DNA of 64,000 nucleotides, taken from positions 1 to 64,000 of the IMG/VR virus record IMGVR_UViG_3300027969_000073; one strand, written 5' to 3'. This document shows positions 39,001 to 46,985 of the stretch, in pieces. The DNA comes from a virus. The notes below the pieces were generated by a model that saw only the letters and a program-made list of their open reading frames with translations, was not told the origin of the DNA and searched no databases. Position 1 is the first letter of the stretch, and each line of letters starts with the position of its first letter. Made by a program: the position numbers and the translations under genes.

Positions 39001-39458
39001 CCTTCTTCTAAATTTTCTTTAATGTTTGCAAAAATTTCAGATTTCTCTAAAGCTTTTAATAACGCTTTGTTCTCTACATTTTCTTTTCCTATTTTGATTA
39101 CCCCATTTACTTTGATAATCATTTTAAAAGCAATGTCTTGAGACTTAGAATCTCTATTTTTTCTTTCTTTATTGGCTTTGTCTAGTACTTCAATAGGATT
39201 ATTATTGACATAATTTAAATCTCCAGGAGTACGCTCGTTATTAATTACACGTTGAATCTTTCTAAGGATTCGTAATTTAATTGGCTGTTTTTTAATTTGT
39301 TCTTTTGCAAATTCTTTAGCTTTTCTACTGTCAACTTCTAATTCAGGAATAGTCACTTTGCCTTCCTGAATTAAAGAATCTAATAGTCCATTATTAAGAA
39401 TTTGTTTAAATTCTTCTTCTGAACGCCATTTGTTATCGTACCAATACTGACAAGCCAT
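30099..39458 (-). CDS. Virion-packaged crAss-type RNA polymerase fused to a zincin-like domain
   Basis: 3119 aa; GLRIP...GLDFDIDK (DFDID at 33411-33425, as in phi14:2 gp66), TDG, AVDNAND; HEAFH...EEVLAD. Confidence 0.92.
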   Translation of the reverse strand: MACQYWYDNKWRSEEEFKQILNNGLLDSLIQEGKVTIPELEVDSRKAKEFAKEQIKKQPIKLRILRKIQRVINNERTPGDLNYVNNNPIEVLDKANKERKNRDSKSQDIAFKMIIKVNGVIKIGKENVENKALLKALEKSEIFANIKENLEEGIPYMMVPSAYGLYPMRIRSSKVKETTEFNDVKLALANLLKAVESQDILNARRKIEKMLYHTTVERTTTNKILVSKQDNNLGKVVSQLFDTAEEAQNYIGELLYRCDWDKINSGTYNQTLAQIGAVTTDLYSEDGNFFSSSSFVIEAYQMSPEDRANVELIMEAKMPTSKASVEFSNLALSRTMPVNNTKDKKNESPIFSAPINDVTAAVDIANKEVVRDINIPNSNLVARVIASVENGVVTIKSIQKLAITPRKGGNPTVQVLSINNKESQEATKAFFAREDIKKLQTPQSVKKEETPTEAPTEEKKSIIKTATSNFLKSAVDVAASESAANRPDAPPVAEQQSLDSIIASSTEIAPEEPTSVDNFDDFDLGFDIDSTGTERQNGPESDKVRTMLKPKVDGTKWNQQEALEWLKRTLGKAYKRGSGRKGTVRIFHSLEALENYLPKETYEMLLEARKNGKELHGLFTQAALFLSKNADAGVEFHEAFHIVFNLALPLRSRIRILNEAMEKYPDELPLKKIVDSEGNTTYEYPTYIEIEEVLADKFMEYMQAKEQVDPAEKSKAKEIFKTFKGMNRMIQIFFSRNRQFDIEQIFENIDLGAYKNSIQFRNTVLPTSARMMSKDVNTDKKYNSAEEERQAFVYMQTVMDELFNVIRSKEENQFKGDVQIIKDLGVDKFYTMLVSQIYADTKANIAANTSAALPLKKLVGVLTNNLKDVEEVDIQGSKFLQFKRPTDLLERFNQSLTLRGITMSLNTVEESAVDFKPDEEDFMDAQEENTVENSWMKGYIEMDPKISMSQKLKSFFATIPKYNANGKPLLNEFNVQEKESPSYIFGYLLSRISDSYSVADMMAKIDGIINDKTFMPHIADQIALDPGLKTDLWLAIGQKNFATFSFVYEKDGDYSVVNSNRQTYDAIIKDTIVANFLVQENALFGKDKNGARNFENVNTEKAGAIFDKIQSLKEKAADVNNRVENETFEKAVDLLFQMMSKDFAELYINLTPEDLVNVWKPTKGKTRKASWGNIINLINVVSDIAHELELGNNPFLYARPEQLVVDPKVKKNKNNIERLATILQPALEQEVVAVFRSIKGKTTYNLILSNFLNKQLNKFKDPKKFAQYMEEIKGDEYMKNLPFLKDLANPEEDLGSLLEAVVLDGLVRKGKNRSVNYTEMSDIELMVTELGMFYNSGKSARGISRFKLPIPADSPTIPFITARRFDKEEIVNRLLQNAKAEYSRIVKVKNLPANSPLRLVPNYVKRGVKFQSMSFLNKLDFKKGFDEKKVKEAIKEFMEKDYLQLQYQSYLKTGVIKSINPVTGAITFADKLLSNKIKDQAAFFTDYLYNAYYMNTQLTTVFAGDLAFYKNTDNFQKRYKQVMSPGMFTNTEGIPDTFNSIILKDEILPTKAATSKAIVEIIKSSDLTAEEKKKLITLWTAGLTDVKSSEYKGNNTTDGATMISIHRRKAQLEGLNRWTDAHQIAYNKELKGIPLDITEFDLFRPEKPYYFAHRISNGTVVPAQIKNSEVVLTRALAAKFAKLEAVYDTLMNGIKNEDGTTTTVDSAIFESAIKVGGSKSFINGNEDYATYTKQKDGSYKLSSNPEIVVLNAADYRLQQETPEHFIDSEGNFSTQLRNLIIADMDLEGDYTINNQTMKGKDVVRLYQELVVEDLRTSFEDVKEMFLKPDGNIDYQKLAKELRKEVISRNMGQEYLDALAPIEVTLKNGDKDYRTTLPLYHPLISYKMEAVMNSFFKNRVTKQKISGGAVVNASSYGIADNLDFIVDEKTGTITFEAMMPWTSRKYFPLNADGEVDIDTIRETAPELLEIIGLRIPNEDKYSTFNIKIVGFTPPEMGGMLILPREITTLAGLDFDIDKTYLMTRSFTVDTKGKPKYTKFQSTLDSESEAKELAKSIFQNFGDFSRFVKTNFEGNNLEKMLNVRRELMDSLPEKLTKEEKSELFDDVKILKDSKKQAILMYGPDSAFVQTIQDEIDTLYKAISNDLPFNETSQEIQKKHQDVIDVIAKKLMSEKFNAVQYNSTAARDNKKIEIIQGILANKNTASAILNPGNFDVLKENAARIRLIQAGKKKEATLTGSELLDAASVLDEGDNFNINYPSTQSELFRRGMTGKELIGIYANHNVHHAKAQYTNMKLKVPIYFNGIPYTELNQIKSPTGTRISKALASNVAAAVDNANDPVASFLNMNTYTANVQSMLQRLGVEERTVFAFLNQPVILELTRNYFNDKGSLSDDKNFRTTMSRWKTLLANKIKEAGVEVEADTSTDFSNEILERDLLPSGTLEYYQNQLNVLQAFETYHSIASELAMGIQASKSDTKGVGPASANNYTTINKQDRLLRKIEKDTNSIQGLEEAFIESPFSEQIMMPAFTKYGLIEPINIFDKIYSAIGKVDSTTGRIKYSALGELKNEFSDQKGEMYSLTEKEASLIDINYINFLASAFPFFKHSQSNEILTKLPDELVKWQKETPINSPYRKLLDSLYVVDSNDYSPIKRIQYYATGKDTLDRQYARQSWERMLQDSDPKVREMALKLVKYTYFSAGYGFGPFTFSNLVPVLFWSDAYQEANNIVDVNGRTFNKFLETALAAGINKNEEIKKRFKRQFMQNHGGKETFTHTVKVDVTTNPLEKGLTPEQENSVLTLAAKESKNGIVKTAKGNLIVNLSKNRQLTPTTNNSQPVEFIKVAKKGKQFTIYQLVKTDFDVKNDFADFDGRTNLTTATYVPLTSLGESNFAIEFDYNRDLNVSSLKENKTETPKSPIQSMQDSFMDQITAAALEPDETKTIPTTVAPVTQNLADIKGVTSTGKVNADYNYNPSNVSEQKREEYKQYVLDKLGIPNISYNANSIDFKYSDFSISISKDGSVSYNKIPQKIAELSIKDAGYDIKFMIGLNKLAEENLNTKSVVNKPNALSSMVDTSLSQRLGIFETIGNKDYDEYTAAGGKMNKENFLSLSPNEQQTAIWQAKNCKE

Positions 39459-39469
39459 ATTTTTTATTT

Positions 39470-39952
39470 TTACCCTTCACTTCTTTCTAACATGTCTGCA
39501 TCAAATAGCAACATGTTATCTGTAAGTTTAAGACGGTTAATTAAATCACCATATTCCCCTACTGCTGATACTTGTATCATAATAAAGTCCTGTAGCAAAA
39601 TTAACACTTTTCTTGATATATTCATACTAGCAGTCTTCTCATATTCTGCTAACAAGTCTGCTTCCATTTGGTAAGCCAATTCTAAAGCGTCTCCAATAGA
39701 AGCTACACTAGTTGTTACTGGATCTAAAGACTCTGTAGAAAGCTCGCAATTCATGTCATTCATAAACTGTTCTAACTTATTATAATGAGTACGCTCGTCC
39801 AAAGATTCTGACAAAAAGAATTTCTCTGCACCAAAGTATCCTAATGACTTCATGCGATTAGTAAGATGTTGGTAAACATGAGAAGCTGTTAATTCTAATT
39901 TACCAAACTTATTCAATTCTTTTTCTTCTATTTCTGTAAGTAATTTTTCCAT
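39470..39952 (-). CDS. Ferritin-like protein
   Basis: ELTASHVY...GAEKFF...DERTH...ME...Q pattern of non-heme ferritins. Confidence 0.85.
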   Translation of the reverse strand: MEKLLTEIEEKELNKFGKLELTASHVYQHLTNRMKSLGYFGAEKFFLSESLDERTHYNKLEQFMNDMNCELSTESLDPVTTSVASIGDALELAYQMEADLLAEYEKTASMNISRKVLILLQDFIMIQVSAVGEYGDLINRLKLTDNMLLFDADMLERSEG

Positions 39953-39963
39953 TGTGATTTATT

Positions 39964-42900
39964 TTATTTACAACCTTGTGTACTAATTTCTGCTTGTGCA
40001 GCAATATCTTTGAGGTACTTTTCTATTAATTCTTTTCTCTTACTTTGAGTATCTACTATTTCAAAAGTGTTTTTGATATCTTCTAATTTAGATTCTATAT
40101 CAGCTCTTAAAGTGTCACTGATATCTGCTTCTAAGTCAAACATATAATTACCTACTACTGTATTGTATTCTTCTATAGTAGGATTAGGATTATTTAATAA
40201 TTTTTGAGCTTCTAAATCAAAATCAGTAATACGATTTTTAAGTTCTATTCGTTTTTTAATAATAGTTTTTTCTACTTTCTGATTTGCAGTAGCTTGAGCA
40301 GCAAGTGTTATTTTTCTATTATACTCTTCATAAATAGGTTTATAGATAGCATATAAATTATCAGGCATGTTACCTTGCTTTTCTCCGTATGTATCTGGAT
40401 AATCTTTTATGTTAGGAATAGCTTTAGCTAATTCTACTTGTTCTTGCGCTCTTAATGTTTCTATTGTCTGATTAGTATTAGTACCTTTAGAAATTGTTTT
40501 TTCTTTAACAGTAGTACCAGTTTGCTGTGCCACAATGGCTTTTCTAAGTGCTAAAAAATTTGACGGCATACTTTCTTTGAAAGCTGGCAATCTTCCTAAA
40601 AATACTCCATCATTGTAAACTTCTATAATAACATTTTTATCAGATATTTCTACTAGTTCTCCTGTTTCTTTATCTCTGTAAGGTTGAGTTTCTTTTACTA
40701 CAAAAGTAGCCTCAATGTTATTTTTTTCTAGTTTTTCGTTAGATAAAAAGTCAGCATCATTAATTAAAGCAGTATTAACCTTTTGGTCAGTTTGCATTTT
40801 TTTGTACTTACCTTTTTCTTTATTATAAATAGGTTTATAATTTTCGTCTAATTCTACATCGTTAAGTATTGGTATAATTCTAGCGCTTGAAACAGGACTT
40901 CCTTTTACAAATTCTGAAGTTCCAGGACCCATAAGGCTAGCAAACTGCTCTTCTAATGATAATTCTTTAGGGTTTGCTTGTGCAATATCATTAGGGTCTG
41001 CAAAGTTTAGATGAGGGTCTTTATTACTCTTTTCAACTTTTGCTTCTTGATGTAGTTGTTCAAGTGCTCCTAATACTTGTGGTATTAAAGATGGGTTCTC
41101 ACCAACTAGTTCTTCAAATGCTTCAAAACTATTTCCAATATAAATATCTTGTTCATTTAAGATATTTTTAATCTTAAGAAATACTGCAGGCTTATGACGT
41201 AATGCTTCTAAAGAAGTAGTGTCAGAAATATGTCCTGTTAAAGTACTTAAGTCTTGTACAGGTACTCCATTTTGTATAGCTTCTTGAGTATGTCTATCTA
41301 AAATGTCTTCAATTTCTTGTAATTCATTTTTAGCTTTTTTGTCTAAAATAACATTTTCACCTGTTAATGATTTCTCATCAGCAGCTCCTTTATCAGCTCT
41401 AGAACCAGTTTTACTTTTTTCAATAGTTTCTTTAACTTTTTCTAAAGCTAATTTGGTCATATTTTCTATGTATTGTTCCTCTAATTTTTCATAGACGTCC
41501 ATATACTTTTCTGCTCCTTTTGTAGTAAATAACATGCTGTACATGCTAGCTACTTCTGCTTCTCTAGACTTAATTGAAATTAAATCTTTGATAAGAGGAA
41601 TTACCTGTTTGCTTGTAGTTTTATAACCAATAGGGTCTTCAGCTTTCCATTCATTAACTATTTGCTTAAATCTATCTTTAGCATTAGTAATAATCTCAGC
41701 TTTGCCATCAGAAGTTGCATCTACAATTGTAGCTAATATTTTATCAGCTGTAGTAGGGTCAACTTTGTTATTAGTTATTTTACGAATATCATCTTCTAGA
41801 ACAGCTTTTCTTTCATTCAAATTTTTGTTTACTGAACGTAAGTAAGTCATTTGATCTTTTAGTCCTTCAACAGCTGCTTCATTTTTTAAGAATGGAGAGA
41901 ATTTTCTATTAAAGATTTTATCCACAAAATATTTATCAGCATTAAATACTGCTTCTACTTCTTTAGTAGATTCAAGAATATCTTTAACTCTTTTTCTAGT
42001 TTTGCCTAAAGATTCTTTTCTACTTTCTTCTGTAAACTCTTGAACTCCTTCAACAGCAAACTGCTCGTTGAATTTTTTCAAAGGAATTTTTTCAAAAGAA
42101 TCTAAATCTTGTAGGATAGTATCAGCTACTCCTAACTTATCACGAGTAGTAACAAAGGAATGAAGTAAGTCGTGTTCTTTATTTTTGTAATTATATATAT
42201 CTCCTCTAGCTTCATAATCATCTAACTCACTTTGAATAGTAAGACTAGTGGCCATGTTTTTAAAGTTGGTTGCTAAGACTTCATTAGTAGAAACCCCATC
42301 ATTTATTTTTTGAGCTACTGCACGAGATTCTTCAATGTCTCTTCTCATGCCTTTAATCTCTTCTCTTATACCTCCAAATTTTTTGATTCCTTCGTACTTA
42401 ATACCTTCTGCTTTTCCTGTCTGAGCATTATATCTAACTCCTATAGTAGGCATACGCATTCCTAGTAATCCCATAAGAGCTCCAATACTCATAGAATCTT
42501 GTCCTTCTGTACTACCTGCATAATTACGAGCAGCTTTAGACATGGCATCTATAAAACTCATAGAAGTTTCCATAGAGCCTTTAGTGTGTTTAGCTGTGTA
42601 GTAATCACTTAAACCTTCTTGAAGTACTCCTTGTGAATACTCTTCAAATCCTTCAACAACTCCTGATTTTAATCCTCCTCCATAAATAATAGCTTCACGA
42701 GACCATTTATTCATTTTGTCAGCATTAGCAATTGCTTTTCCCTCAACTAAACTTACTCCTTTTAATGGATTAAGTCTGCTTAATGCTTGATTAATTTTAT
42801 AGCCTCCTGTAAAAGCTTTAGAGAATTGAATCATGTTAGAGAATCCTACTAAAGGCACATTAGTAAACCAGGCTGTTTCTGAAGCTTCCTCTGCTTTACT

Positions 42901-44058
42901 TTTATATAAAGCTGTTTCCGCTTCTGAAGGAGCTTTACCATTTATCTTAGTATGATTGTCTATTAAACTTTGTAAAGTTTGGTCATAAGTATCACGAGCA
43001 ATTAAAGAAGATTCATATGCACCTGAACGTACCATTGAGGTAGCTGTACCTATTCCTTTTCTCCATTTCTCTGTATAAGCTTCTAGTTTAGCAGCTTTGC
43101 CTAAATCGTCTAGTTTATCTATACCTCTAAGCAATCGCATACTTTTTCCAAAGGTAATAAAGTTAGTTCCTTTGGCTGCTAAATTTACTCCCTGTACTCC
43201 AAGTCTAGTTGCTTGAGCTCCTAATCTTGCAGTGTTAGCTGCAACTGAAGCACCTCCTGTAAAAGGAGCAGCTGCTGTTGCTAGTAACTCTGTAGCAATT
43301 GCTCCTGCTACAAAAGATATTGCAGGTGCTATATCTTCATTAATAGATTTTAATGGATGTGTCCATATACGAGAAAAGAAATTTCTATTGGTTCCATTTT
43401 CATCTTGATAATATTTGGAACCACCATAAACAAATGTACCTTCGTCAATACCACGGTCCATTGATTCCCATGCATCAAATGCTCCATTATTAAATAGCTT
43501 AGCGCTATCCCAATTAAATAGTGCAGAACCCATACCATATACTGTAGGAATAACTCCTCCAATTGCTGTTAAAGTTCTACCTAATAATTTACCAACAGTT
43601 TTAGTGGCAGCTTCCAAGACTCCCTGATTTTCATCTAAGTCGTCTAGGTATTGGTTAACTCTTTTATTGTAAGCCTTTTCGTGGTAACGAGCAAAATCTT
43701 TTATCTCGTCGTTAAAACGAATTCCGTATTTATCTTTGTCAAGTAGTTGAACCATTTTAGGCCCATAATCATCTAAAGCTGCTGCTCTTTCTATAGGATT
43801 AGGAATAGCTTTAACTAAGTCAACTGGTGTATATAATAAAGCTGCTTTAGGGTCAATAATGAAATTAGTCTTTTGAGTAAACCCTCTTGTAGGAGCAATA
43901 CTTCCAATAGAACCTAAGTTCTTTAGAAACTCTTCTTGAGGAGTATTAACAGGTCTATAATCAGAATAGGGGTCATACTTGGAAGGACGATAATCAGAAA
44001 TATCACCTTTGCTAGTGTCTATACCTTTTACCTTAACTGGTTTTTCTTCTTCTTCCAT
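39964..44058 (-). CDS. Large ejection protein with membrane-inserting N-terminal half
   Basis: 1364 aa; Gly/Ala-rich hydrophobic helices, EGFEEYSQ, then coiled coils; lies in the cargo cluster. Confidence 0.7.
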   Translation of the reverse strand: MEEEEKPVKVKGIDTSKGDISDYRPSKYDPYSDYRPVNTPQEEFLKNLGSIGSIAPTRGFTQKTNFIIDPKAALLYTPVDLVKAIPNPIERAAALDDYGPKMVQLLDKDKYGIRFNDEIKDFARYHEKAYNKRVNQYLDDLDENQGVLEAATKTVGKLLGRTLTAIGGVIPTVYGMGSALFNWDSAKLFNNGAFDAWESMDRGIDEGTFVYGGSKYYQDENGTNRNFFSRIWTHPLKSINEDIAPAISFVAGAIATELLATAAAPFTGGASVAANTARLGAQATRLGVQGVNLAAKGTNFITFGKSMRLLRGIDKLDDLGKAAKLEAYTEKWRKGIGTATSMVRSGAYESSLIARDTYDQTLQSLIDNHTKINGKAPSEAETALYKSKAEEASETAWFTNVPLVGFSNMIQFSKAFTGGYKINQALSRLNPLKGVSLVEGKAIANADKMNKWSREAIIYGGGLKSGVVEGFEEYSQGVLQEGLSDYYTAKHTKGSMETSMSFIDAMSKAARNYAGSTEGQDSMSIGALMGLLGMRMPTIGVRYNAQTGKAEGIKYEGIKKFGGIREEIKGMRRDIEESRAVAQKINDGVSTNEVLATNFKNMATSLTIQSELDDYEARGDIYNYKNKEHDLLHSFVTTRDKLGVADTILQDLDSFEKIPLKKFNEQFAVEGVQEFTEESRKESLGKTRKRVKDILESTKEVEAVFNADKYFVDKIFNRKFSPFLKNEAAVEGLKDQMTYLRSVNKNLNERKAVLEDDIRKITNNKVDPTTADKILATIVDATSDGKAEIITNAKDRFKQIVNEWKAEDPIGYKTTSKQVIPLIKDLISIKSREAEVASMYSMLFTTKGAEKYMDVYEKLEEQYIENMTKLALEKVKETIEKSKTGSRADKGAADEKSLTGENVILDKKAKNELQEIEDILDRHTQEAIQNGVPVQDLSTLTGHISDTTSLEALRHKPAVFLKIKNILNEQDIYIGNSFEAFEELVGENPSLIPQVLGALEQLHQEAKVEKSNKDPHLNFADPNDIAQANPKELSLEEQFASLMGPGTSEFVKGSPVSSARIIPILNDVELDENYKPIYNKEKGKYKKMQTDQKVNTALINDADFLSNEKLEKNNIEATFVVKETQPYRDKETGELVEISDKNVIIEVYNDGVFLGRLPAFKESMPSNFLALRKAIVAQQTGTTVKEKTISKGTNTNQTIETLRAQEQVELAKAIPNIKDYPDTYGEKQGNMPDNLYAIYKPIYEEYNRKITLAAQATANQKVEKTIIKKRIELKNRITDFDLEAQKLLNNPNPTIEEYNTVVGNYMFDLEADISDTLRADIESKLEDIKNTFEIVDTQSKRKELIEKYLKDIAAQAEISTQGCK

Positions 44059-44074
44059 AACGTATTTTATTATT

Positions 44075-44082
44075 CAAAGATA
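44075..44082 (-). promoter_or_regulatory. Bacteroidota -7 promoter element TATCTTTG
   Basis: Perfect TAnnTTTG, 16 nt upstream of the 1364-aa gene. Confidence 0.6.
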
Positions 44083-44088
44083 GTTAAA

Positions 44089-46965
44089 TTATTGGCCCAT
44101 TACACTTTCTAGACTAAACTGAGCAGGTACAAAGTATTGTTCAGAACCTAAACCTGACTGATAAACTACTGCATCCATTTCATCTCCTGTGCCAAATATT
44201 AAATTGTTTTTCATTATTTGTACTGGCAAACTTCCTGACATATCTAATGGTTTAGAAACAACTGGTTGTCTTACATATTGACCATTAGCATCTACAATTA
44301 TTTTATCTACTGTCATCAATACTTCTCCTTTACTTACTTTGTAATTAATAGTAAATCCTGATTGAGTTCCATCTGCATTTTGTTGCCATACTGCAGGTGG
44401 CTCAGTAATTTCTGTAGCTAAATGATTATTTTCAATAGCATCATTTAATCGAGCTCCCATTTCTAAATAACGTTCTCTACGTTCAGGATTAGAAATAAGG
44501 GCAATGTTGGCGTAAGATTCTAAGTTTTTATTAAATGTTACTCCTGCTTCTGGGTCACTTGCTTGTGCTTCTAAAGCAGCTTTACCAAATTTAATGTAAT
44601 TATCTTTAGCTCTTTCTGCTGGGTTAATTGTAGTACCTTCTACTACTGTATATAGGTTTACAGGGTTAGCATCGTACCAAGCTTTTTTCTCAGCAGCACT
44701 AGCACTAATTTCAGTATCAGTTAAATCTTCTGCTTTTTTACCTAGTCTATGAGCACTAATCATTTTAGCAGCATAAGCATCAGCACTTTGAGAACCTGGT
44801 TGGAATTCTTTTTTAATATTGTATCTCAGAATAGGATTACCATTTTGATCATTTCCTGCATAATGAGGAGTTTCTTCGTAAGCATTTAAATCAAATGTTT
44901 CTCTTAAATTAGGATTAGTAATTACACTAGTTTTACCTGTTCTATCATCAAAGTTTACTCGTTCAATTGAAGAGCCTCCTGTAGTATTACTCTTAGCATA
45001 GTTGATGATATCTGTAACTGCATTGCCTGTATATTTATCAAAACGTGTGTCCATATATATTTCAGGAGAAGCTACTGCAAATTGTGTTCTAAGGTTAACT
45101 AAATAATTATCCATTACAGATTGCCCAAATTTAGCTATTGCATCAGGCTGAACATTTTCTAATTTTTTCCAATCAAGACCTGTACCTGCAACATTTAATC
45201 CTTTATTTACAATATCTGTAGTTAAGAAATCTTTATTATGCTCTTGAATAATTTGAATCATTTTTAATGGATCTTTTTGAGCTTTTTTTTCCCAAACTTC
45301 TTTCATAGTTTGGTCTGCAGTTAATTCAATAATATTTTCAAAAGTTTTAATATCAGAGCTTTTAGCAACACTAAGTTCGAATTTATCTCCTAACATTGTT
45401 TGTAACTCGTCTATAGCAGCTTCTTTTTCTGCTCCTGAAGCACTTGCTACTTTTTTCTTTTGCAATGCTATTTTAGAATCATAGTCAGCAAGTTTTTGGT
45501 CAAACGCTGAAATTCTAAGGTCAAGAATTTTATATTGAGAAAAAGTTTTTTCTGTCTCGTTAATTCTTTCTACAATTGGCTGGCCTATAGATAAAGTTGT
45601 ATTTAAATCTTCTACTAACCAAGCTCCTTGACGAGCTCTTGCCATATCTGTTAACTCATCTAAAAACTCTGCTTCCATTCCCGTAGATTTTACACCATGT
45701 AAACGTGAATACAAATCTTGACTTACTCCAGCTTCTTTAATAGCTGCTCTGTTACCTGTAGCATCTGAAGAACTTGTAATTCCTTTAGTAGAAGATTTAA
45801 CTATATCTGAGTTAATTCCCCCAATAGCATTAAACTCTTCTAAAGTTTTATTGTTCTTTTCTCTTCTTGCAGTTGCTGCTGGGTCAGTTAAATTATCTGT
45901 ACTGTATTTAATATTACGATAGTCTACAATATCTGCTGCAGCATCGCCAATAACATCAAATTTATTTTGACCAAAGTCTACATACAATTTTTCTGAAAAA
46001 TCATCTAAACGTCCTTGTGCAGCATACTCTTGGTATCCTTCAAGAATATTTGCTTGTAAAGATTTAGCTTCTTTTAATTTTGCTTCTAAAATTTCTCTTT
46101 CACTTTTATCTAAAGTAGGAATTTTTAATTTTTCATTTATTTGAGCAATTTGGTCATCTACTTGACCAAATGCTCCTCTAATAACATTTTCTTTAAATTG
46201 TTCGCCTGTTGCTGCATTAGAGTTAGCATTATAGTACCATTCTCTACGATCATAATCCTCTTGCCAATTTTTGTATTTATCAGAAGTTTTTAAAAAATTT
46301 GTTATTTCTGTAGCAATTTGCTCTCGATTTTTTTCAGTAACTTCAACATTTAATCTTTGTAATGTATCAGCATTAAGTTGACCATATTGACCTAAACTAT
46401 TAATACGTTGTTCAGGAGTCATTCCTGCTAATTGTAAAGATTCTTTTCGAATGTTTTCTTCTTCATTAGCTAAAGGAGGCTGAACATTAATTTGATTATA
46501 AGCCTCTTCTTTAGGGTCATAGTTAGTACCTTTAAATTGGTGATTAGTCTTAAATAACCAAGTGTCATAATCTCTTTGAGTAATTCCATTCGGTTTACCA
46601 ATTTTTTCTTTCATCTCTTTTTTAGCTTCTTGTAAAGCTGTATAATTTCCTTGAATAGAAACTAATTCAGGGTCTTTTGTATACAGTTTTTGAAGCCCTG
46701 CTAATTGCTTAGCAGCTTGAGTATAATTTTTAGAGGTTGCTAAGTTTTGAGCAATCTCGTCTCTTTTTTCTTTAAGAGTTTGCATTAACTCTTTACTTCT
46801 AGGATCGTCTTGATTTAATTTAGAAATTTCAAAGTCAGCTGCATCTAGAGCTGCTTTGGTAGTTTCTAATTTTTCATACATCTGAGATAAAGGTTCTGCA
46901 AACGCTTCGTATCCTAAAGGTTTGTACTCAGTTTTTACTGGAGTAGAAAATGGTGTAATTGCCAT
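44089..46965 (-). CDS. Putative virion/ejection protein (helical, no Cys)
   Basis: 958 aa, coiled-coil rich, within the cargo cluster. Confidence 0.7.
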   Translation of the reverse strand: MAITPFSTPVKTEYKPLGYEAFAEPLSQMYEKLETTKAALDAADFEISKLNQDDPRSKELMQTLKEKRDEIAQNLATSKNYTQAAKQLAGLQKLYTKDPELVSIQGNYTALQEAKKEMKEKIGKPNGITQRDYDTWLFKTNHQFKGTNYDPKEEAYNQINVQPPLANEEENIRKESLQLAGMTPEQRINSLGQYGQLNADTLQRLNVEVTEKNREQIATEITNFLKTSDKYKNWQEDYDRREWYYNANSNAATGEQFKENVIRGAFGQVDDQIAQINEKLKIPTLDKSEREILEAKLKEAKSLQANILEGYQEYAAQGRLDDFSEKLYVDFGQNKFDVIGDAAADIVDYRNIKYSTDNLTDPAATARREKNNKTLEEFNAIGGINSDIVKSSTKGITSSSDATGNRAAIKEAGVSQDLYSRLHGVKSTGMEAEFLDELTDMARARQGAWLVEDLNTTLSIGQPIVERINETEKTFSQYKILDLRISAFDQKLADYDSKIALQKKKVASASGAEKEAAIDELQTMLGDKFELSVAKSSDIKTFENIIELTADQTMKEVWEKKAQKDPLKMIQIIQEHNKDFLTTDIVNKGLNVAGTGLDWKKLENVQPDAIAKFGQSVMDNYLVNLRTQFAVASPEIYMDTRFDKYTGNAVTDIINYAKSNTTGGSSIERVNFDDRTGKTSVITNPNLRETFDLNAYEETPHYAGNDQNGNPILRYNIKKEFQPGSQSADAYAAKMISAHRLGKKAEDLTDTEISASAAEKKAWYDANPVNLYTVVEGTTINPAERAKDNYIKFGKAALEAQASDPEAGVTFNKNLESYANIALISNPERRERYLEMGARLNDAIENNHLATEITEPPAVWQQNADGTQSGFTINYKVSKGEVLMTVDKIIVDANGQYVRQPVVSKPLDMSGSLPVQIMKNNLIFGTGDEMDAVVYQSGLGSEQYFVPAQFSLESVMGQ

Positions 46966-46985
46966 AATATTTTATATTATTTTCC

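Noticed and set aside
43355-43372. RIWTH occurs in the 1364-aa protein and at the PolA C-terminus
   Set aside because: A five-residue match with no flanking similarity; most likely chance.
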